A stretch of 64,000 nucleotides of DNA from Vallitaleaceae bacterium (GTDB lineage Bacteria > Bacillota > Clostridia > Lachnospirales > Vallitaleaceae): NCBI GenBank assembly GCA_963677915.2, contig CAXXGE010000035.1, positions 5,130 through 69,129 on the forward strand, in the 5' to 3' direction. This document shows, one piece after another, positions 59,270 through 64,000 of this stretch (positions within the stretch are counted from its first letter, which is position 1; each line of letters begins with the position of its first letter). The position numbers and the translations under genes are program-made. The notes under the pieces are model-generated. The model worked only from the letters and a program-made list of their open reading frames with translations, ran no database searches and had not been told where the DNA came from.

Positions 59270-59334
59270 AAGAAGGTACCGGATAAAATATTCTGCTGCA
59301 TTACGCGTCAGATTGTTTTATCCGGTACCTTCTT
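59270..59334. repeat. 19-bp perfect inverted repeat (27-nt spacer) in the left end of the nested transposon
   Basis: AAGAAGGTACCGGATAAAA (59270-59288) is the reverse complement of 59316-59334. Confidence 0.9.
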
Positions 59335-59450
59335 ATGTTATCATGAATCGTTACTTTTCACTTAAGTGGCAGAAACCTCCCCTACCAAAGTTTGATTTCT
59401 GCCACACATGACATCACAGTAAGGTTGTAACCTCACTGATAACAGTTCAT

Positions 59451-59972
59451 ATGATAACTATTTTTACGGATAATTGCAATCCTATATCGCAAGTTTTATA
59501 TGATAATACGTTAAACGAACTTCAGTTCCACCAACTGGTATGCAGCTGCGGTCGTTCTGCCAGCCTTTCCGTTCATGGTTACTATACCCGCGGGATTAAG
59601 GTAGAAGATTCCTTAGTGTCCTTGCGCATCTGTCGTGTGAAATGTGAGGTTTGCAATAAGACCCACGCACTTCTACTATCATCTATCGTCCCTTATTCTC
59701 AAATTTCTCTTTCCGAGCAAGTCAGTATCATTTCCTGTTATGAATGCTCTAAGGACTTCTCATCTATTATGAACCATCATCCTTCCATTGATGAAAGCAA
59801 CATTCGTCATGTGATTCGCCAGTATCTTCGCCACTGGCTTCAACGACTTCTTGCCATTTCCCTAGCGCTTTCCACATCTTGCCACTTCATCGGCAAGTGT
59901 TTTTCGTCCTTCAATCGCCAGTTCATGCAGATTAAAAGAACGCCTAACGTTTTATTTCCAGGACCCACATAA
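59451..59972 (+). CDS. DUF6431-like zinc-ribbon protein
   Basis: C.CG...HGYYTR...L.I.RV.C..C..THALL pattern; 173 aa; first gene of the transposon. Confidence 0.6.
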   Translation: MITIFTDNCNPISQVLYDNTLNELQFHQLVCSCGRSASLSVHGYYTRGIKVEDSLVSLRICRVKCEVCNKTHALLLSSIVPYSQISLSEQVSIISCYECSKDFSSIMNHHPSIDESNIRHVIRQYLRHWLQRLLAISLALSTSCHFIGKCFSSFNRQFMQIKRTPNVLFPGPT

Positions 59973-60033
59973 CCTGACACGACCTCTACGGTTTTTCCTC
60001 TTATAATCAAGAAAAAACAAGGAGGTTTCCACC

Positions 60034-61278
60034 ATGAACCAAGATACAGCCCATGCAACAGCTCTTATGCGCTATTCCGTCATCTCTCCACTCATTTCAG
60101 GCCTTTCCGATCAGTATTCATCCAACGAGGCTTTCTTTCGTGATGCTTCCCTTAAAGGTGTTCTAGCTCCCGACGGATCAACCAAGCACTTTGCACCGCC
60201 TACCATTAAGCATTGGTACAACAATTATATTCGAGACGGCTTTGATGCTCTGATACCTTCATCCAGATCCGATACAGGTAAACCACGCAAGTTGGATGAA
60301 GATCTTCAGGAACAGATCAAGTATCTGAAATCCAACTATCCAAGAATGTCTGCTGCCGCCATTTTTCGCCAGCTTCGTGAGAACGGCAGCATTAAACCCG
60401 GTGAGTTGTCTGAATCTACGGTCAATCGTTTCATTAACCTTCTTGCCCTCGAGATGAAGATCACCACCAATCATGACATGCGACGCTATGAACGCCCTCA
60501 TATCAATGAGGTATGGTGCGGTGATACCAGTGTCGGTCCCTATCTTAAGACGGAAGACGGGAAGAAACACAAGGTTTTCATCATTGCTTTGATTGATGAC
60601 GCCAGCCGTTTTATTGTCGGTATCGATGTCTTTTTCAATGATAATTTTGTGAATCTCATGTCCGTCATGAAATCTGCTGTCGCTAAGTATGGTCGCCCAC
60701 AAATGTACAATTTCGACAATGGCAGTTCTTTTAAGAACAAACAGATGGAACTGCTGGCGGCACGTACCGGTTCAGTCCTTCATTATGATCAGCCATACAC
60801 TCCTACTCAGAAGGCAAAAATCGAACGGTGGTTCAGAACCCTAAAAGATCAATGGCTGGCTTGCCTGGATATCAGGGATTTTGCTTCCCTGGACGAGTTG
60901 CATGGTAACCTTATGGCTTATGTTCAGCATTATAACCAGACACCTCATTCGTCACTCAAAGGTACTTCTCCCCAAGACCGTTTCTTCTCCGAACCGGAGC
61001 GCATCAAACGCCTTTCTGAAGAAGAAATACAGAAACATTTCCTTTTAGAGATAGAACGCCGTGTTTCCATCGACAGCGTCATCACCATAGATCAGGTGGA
61101 GTACGAAGTCGACTGTCGTTTTGCCAAACAACGGGTTCGTCTACGCTATTCTCCTGATATGGAAGAAATCTTCATTGTTGAACAGGATGGTACTTTTACG
61201 CCCATTCGCCTTCTAAACAAACAGGAGAATGCTTTTGTCAAACGGAAAAAAGTACATTTATGTCGAGGTGAAGAATAA
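60034..61278 (+). CDS. Mu-type DDE transposase/integrase (HTH + rve core + Mu-transposase C-terminal-like)
   Basis: ...WCGDTS...IALIDDASRF...NFDNGSSFKN...ERWFRTLK... (D, D, E spacing); GGAGG RBS. Confidence 0.8.
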   Translation: MNQDTAHATALMRYSVISPLISGLSDQYSSNEAFFRDASLKGVLAPDGSTKHFAPPTIKHWYNNYIRDGFDALIPSSRSDTGKPRKLDEDLQEQIKYLKSNYPRMSAAAIFRQLRENGSIKPGELSESTVNRFINLLALEMKITTNHDMRRYERPHINEVWCGDTSVGPYLKTEDGKKHKVFIIALIDDASRFIVGIDVFFNDNFVNLMSVMKSAVAKYGRPQMYNFDNGSSFKNKQMELLAARTGSVLHYDQPYTPTQKAKIERWFRTLKDQWLACLDIRDFASLDELHGNLMAYVQHYNQTPHSSLKGTSPQDRFFSEPERIKRLSEEEIQKHFLLEIERRVSIDSVITIDQVEYEVDCRFAKQRVRLRYSPDMEEIFIVEQDGTFTPIRLLNKQENAFVKRKKVHLCRGEE

Positions 61279-62078
61279 TGAACTATACAGCACGCTACGG
61301 TTTGGAATTCAACCCTTTTCTGAAAAATTCAAAAGAGATACTTGTCGATACGAAGGAGTATCGTGAAACACTTTTCCGTCTGGATTATCTGGTCAAAACA
61401 AAAGGCTTCGGCCTTCTGACCGGCAGTCCCGGACGTGGTAAGACAACAGCTATACGCAACTGGGCCGCCGGTCTCAACCCCTCTTTATATAAGGTTGTTT
61501 ACTCCAGTTTTTCTACCCTTACCGCCAATGATTTCTATCGTAATCTTGTTACAGAATTCGGTGCTCAGCCCTCATACAGAAAGCCGGATAATTTCCGAAT
61601 CATCCAGGAAGAAATCTCACGTCTTGCTCTTGAAAAACGCAAAACTCCGCTCATCATCATCGATGAAGCCAACTATATCAATGGCGCCATCCTTAATGAT
61701 CTGAAGATTCTCTTTAACTTCGAGATGGATTCAAGAGACCGGGCTGCCATACTTCTTGCCGGACTTCCTTCTCTTAATTCAACCCTTCGCCTGGGTATCC
61801 ACGAACCACTTCGCCAACGTATCGTCATGAATTATGATCTGGGTGGCTTAACCAAGGAGGAAGGGCGAACCTACGTAATTGATAAACTTAAAGGCGCCGG
61901 ATGCAGTCAACAGGTTTTTGAAGAAAATGCTCTGGAAGCCATACTCAACGCAGCCGATGGTACCCCTCGGGTAATCAATAAGTTTTGCAATGCCAGCCTT
62001 CTCATTGGCGAAAGCAACAAAGCTTCCACCATCGATACTGACATTGTTATGCAAGCCATTAACGATACAGAACTCTAG
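61278..62078 (+). CDS. ExeA/TniB-like AAA+ ATPase (transposition helper)
   Basis: Walker A GSPGRGKTT and Walker B LIIIDEAN. The start overlaps the transposase stop (ATAATG). Confidence 0.8.
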   Translation: MNYTARYGLEFNPFLKNSKEILVDTKEYRETLFRLDYLVKTKGFGLLTGSPGRGKTTAIRNWAAGLNPSLYKVVYSSFSTLTANDFYRNLVTEFGAQPSYRKPDNFRIIQEEISRLALEKRKTPLIIIDEANYINGAILNDLKILFNFEMDSRDRAAILLAGLPSLNSTLRLGIHEPLRQRIVMNYDLGGLTKEEGRTYVIDKLKGAGCSQQVFEENALEAILNAADGTPRVINKFCNASLLIGESNKASTIDTDIVMQAINDTEL

Positions 62079-62088
62079 GAGGAGAATC

Positions 62089-62409
62089 ATGACTTTTGAT
62101 TATCGTTGTTCCAAAGATAATTCCAATGCCGGTTCCTGGAAGGGGAAGGTTCGTTTGATGACAACTGTTAATCCCTATGAGATGACGGTAACGGCTCGTC
62201 AAAGTTGTTTTCATATCATTTGCGGCAGCTATGCCCACGGTAACTATTTATGCATACCAAACCTTGGTGTTAGTACCGAGCTCTCTGGGTTAAACGACAC
62301 ATTCTGGAATCTGGAACGACTTACCATGAACAATCCGGATTTATCAGAAACAGACGCCATTAGTATTATCTATGGCTTAAAAGCAATCAGCGCGTATCTA
62401 TCCATTTAG
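62089..62409 (+). CDS. Hypothetical 106-aa protein (transposon passenger or accessory)
   Basis: The ATG at 62089 is preceded by AGGAGG. I do not recognise any motif. Confidence 0.5.
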   Translation: MTFDYRCSKDNSNAGSWKGKVRLMTTVNPYEMTVTARQSCFHIICGSYAHGNYLCIPNLGVSTELSGLNDTFWNLERLTMNNPDLSETDAISIIYGLKAISAYLSI

Positions 62410-62437
62410 CTAAAAGCAGGGAAACCTGCTTTTAGCT
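62408..62437 (+). terminator. Terminator of the transposon operon
   Basis: agctaaaagcagg-gaaa-cctgcttttagct followed by TTTAG; it overlaps the stop codon. Confidence 0.6.
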
Positions 62438-62501
62438 TTAGATCATTGAATTTGAGCCGATAATGCCGTAGATCATTTAGCTTGCTGAATTAAGTGTTAA
62501 A

Positions 62502-62519
62502 AATGTGCCTGAATAATCA
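62502..62519. repeat. Subterminal inverted copy of the left terminal 16-mer (putative transposase-binding site)
   Basis: AATGTGCCTGAATAATCA compared with the reverse complement of the left end, AATGTGCCGAATAACA: identical apart from two 1-nt insertions. Confidence 0.7.
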
Positions 62520-62585
62520 TCAACATTATCTATTCTGTTTAAAATAAAGTGATTGGTTGTGGTGCTTCTAATTTGACGGACAACA

Positions 62586-62591
62586 AACAGA
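62586..62591. repeat. Right copy of the TSD AACAG(A) of the nested transposon
   Basis: Exact copy of 59212-59217. Confidence 0.85.
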
Positions 62592-63247
62592 ACAGCCAGT
62601 TTCGGCTCAAGGTTATTGCTTTTATAACCCTTCTCGCCGGTTTTCAGGTCTCCCTTGCTTTTGTTGAACTGCAACGACACATGGTCCTCATCCGCAGTTA
62701 TGTAGAGCACCCGTTGTTTCTTTTTCTGCTCAACCTCCGGTATTCTCCAGGGTATCTCAAGCCGGTGCACCTCTTTCATCACCGTCTGTTTGCTGATGAA
62801 CTCTTCCGTATGGGTTGCATTCTCTCCACTGATCCGGTAGCTGCTGTCACTGGCATGCTCCAATGCTTTGATGGTCACATCCTCACTTTTCCTCATGTTC
62901 GGCGTGATACCCATGGCACGGTCCGCCAGATGGACATACTCGCCCGTCTCTCGCTCCCTGAAGTAAGTTCGCGTATAGCTCACTTCGCCGCAGCTTGTCA
63001 GTATCGTATTCTTTTCTTCCTTCTTTTCGACGTAATACGCTTTCTTCCGTTCCTGGCTCTTTCGGTAGATTTCATTCATATCTTCCAGCATTTCCTGAAT
63101 CATGTCCCTGATCAGCTTGTGAGCTGATTTCTCAAGGTCCATAACCAGTTCCCCTAGATTCTTCGACTCATCGCTGATGAAGTTGTTCATGACTTTTTCC
63201 ATTACCTTGGTTTCATTTTCCGCAAAATGTAGTATACTGTTATACAT
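62586..63247 (-). pseudogene. ISLre2/UPF0236-type transposase, N-terminal fragment
   Basis: MYNSILHFAENETK...TSCGEVSYTRTYF...YITADEDHVSLQ... The last 35 aa of the track ORF (62477-62584) are read-through into the nested element. Confidence 0.85.
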
Positions 63248-63356
63248 AAAGAAAGCGCCTCCTATGATGTTTTGTTTTGGTCGACATTATCATATCATAA
63301 AAGGCACTTTCTTTTTTTATTCATTTTTCTTTTTCCGATACTATCATTACGCTAAC

Positions 63357-63365
63357 GGTTTTATC
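63357..63365. repeat. Right copy of the 9-bp TSD GGTTTTATC
   Basis: Exact copy of 58135-58143. It contains the tauE-like stop codon (tta at 63361-63363). Confidence 0.85.
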
Positions 63366-64000
63366 TCAGGAAGCCCACCAAATTATATACGTTGAGGTTG
63401 ATAGTGACGACTATCAGTCCGACGAACAGCTTGTCGACGACTGCAGAGGATATGCCCTTGTTGATTTTCCCTCCAACCAGGCTTCCAGCGATGCCCCCCA
63501 GAATCATAAGCGCAAGCAGGATATAAGGCGGATAAGTCATGGAAGTATTGGTAAGTGTCGTGATGAAACTGATGAACTGAGAGAACATAATGATGTAGAG
63601 CGAATTAATAGCTGCTGTCTTAGTATCATGGGAGAAAAAGAATGCCAGCACGACCAGATTGATTGGTCCGCCCCCAATGCCCAGGAAAGACGACATGATT
63701 CCAAGAAGGATGCCTATTGTGATATAAAGCCATATCCTGTCGACACGTTTTGTCGTAATCTTGTGCTTGTTCAGTTGATAGGCAAGTGCGCCAACCGTGA
63801 CAAGAATCAGACATGTTGCTTGAATGGCTCCAACCAGGTTTTTATTTGCAAAAAAGTTGAAAGCATAGTCGAATATCTTTTTACCAAGCAATCCACCAGT
63901 TGCACCACCCAGCGCCAGATAAGTGCTCTGCATGATATTGATCTGCGGACCGCTCTTGCTCCTCATTGTACGAAATACAGATACAATTGACATAGACAGT
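63361..64000 (-). CDS. TauE/SafE-family sulfite/anion exporter-like membrane protein (probably 5'-truncated by the window end)
   Basis: Multi-TM protein with SFLGIGGGPINLVVL and LGGIAGSLVGG motifs. The reading frame is still open at position 64000. Confidence 0.7.
   Translation of the reverse strand, partial: LSMSIVSVFRTMRSKSGPQINIMQSTYLALGGATGGLLGKKIFDYAFNFFANKNLVGAIQATCLILVTVGALAYQLNKHKITTKRVDRIWLYITIGILLGIMSSFLGIGGGPINLVVLAFFFSHDTKTAAINSLYIIMFSQFISFITTLTNTSMTYPPYILLALMILGGIAGSLVGGKINKGISSAVVDKLFVGLIVVTINLNVYNLVGFLR

Larger units (their letters stand above)
59218..62585 (+). mobile_element. 3.37-kb Mu/Tn7-superfamily-like transposon (DUF6431 + DDE transposase + AAA+ ATPase + small ORF) with 5'-TGT...ACA-3' ends
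   Basis: Termini TGTTATTCGGCACATTA / TGTTGTCCGTCAAATTA (13/17 match). A TSD flanks the element, and the boundaries exactly restore the interrupted host ORF. Confidence 0.85.
58144..63356 (-). mobile_element. ISLre2-family insertion sequence (about 1.84 kb without the nested element), disrupted
   Basis: Imperfect terminal inverted repeats GGTAGCGTTAGTTTAGTGTAGGAAAAAGAA / GTTAGCGTAATGATAGTATCGGAAAAAGAA (about 24/32 match), flanked by a 9-bp direct repeat. It encodes a split UPF0236/ISLre2-type transposase. Confidence 0.8.

Noticed and set aside
1-64000. CRISPR arrays, tRNA or rRNA genes, prophage or defence islands.
   Set aside because: Intergenic regions are short (mostly under 150 bp) and fully accounted for by promoters and terminators. 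I saw no regularly spaced direct repeats and no cloverleaf-like or rRNA-like sequence.

Overview
Chromosomal segment of a low-GC Gram-positive anaerobe with a Clostridia-type gene order; the exact taxon cannot be determined from this window. There are about 65 genes, and nearly all housekeeping genes are on the minus strand. In order along the window: the 5' part of rnfC; a Rex-box-preceded cluster encoding an [FeFe]-hydrogenase-like Fe-S protein flanked by two DRTGG + GHKL-ATPase pairs; hisZGDBHAF-IE; a DEAD-box helicase; recU; a small accessory patch (MGMT-like, GyrI-like, lipoprotein serpin); queG; a frameshifted RluC/D-type pseudouridine synthase; dut; an M16 peptidase; pnp, rpsO, ribF, truB, nrnA, rbfA, infB, ylxQ, ylxR, nusA, rimP; gpsA, plsY, der; a DUF512 radical-SAM gene; pgeF, which carries an in-frame 65-bp perfect palindrome; yraN, rnhB, rbgA, lepB, rplS, trmD, rimM, khpA, rpsP, ffh, ylxM; an extra methyltransferase; ftsY, smc, rnc, acpP, plsX; and xylB-xylR-xylA. 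The last ~10 kb is accessory. It holds decayed IS605-type tnpB and IS1634/IS4-like transposase remnants, and an anaerobic-sulfatase-maturase-like radical SAM gene with a ROK regulator but no sulfatase. It also holds an ISLre2-family IS with a 9-bp TSD. Its transposase gene is split by a 3.37-kb Mu/Tn7-like transposon with TGT..ACA ends and a 5-6 bp TSD, encoding a DUF6431 protein, a DDE transposase, an ExeA/TniB-like AAA+ ATPase and a small ORF. I saw no rRNA, tRNA or CRISPR array. The candidates most worth follow-up are the hydrogenase-like sensor cluster and the nested transposon. All calls rest on my reading of the translations and sequence; no database search was run.
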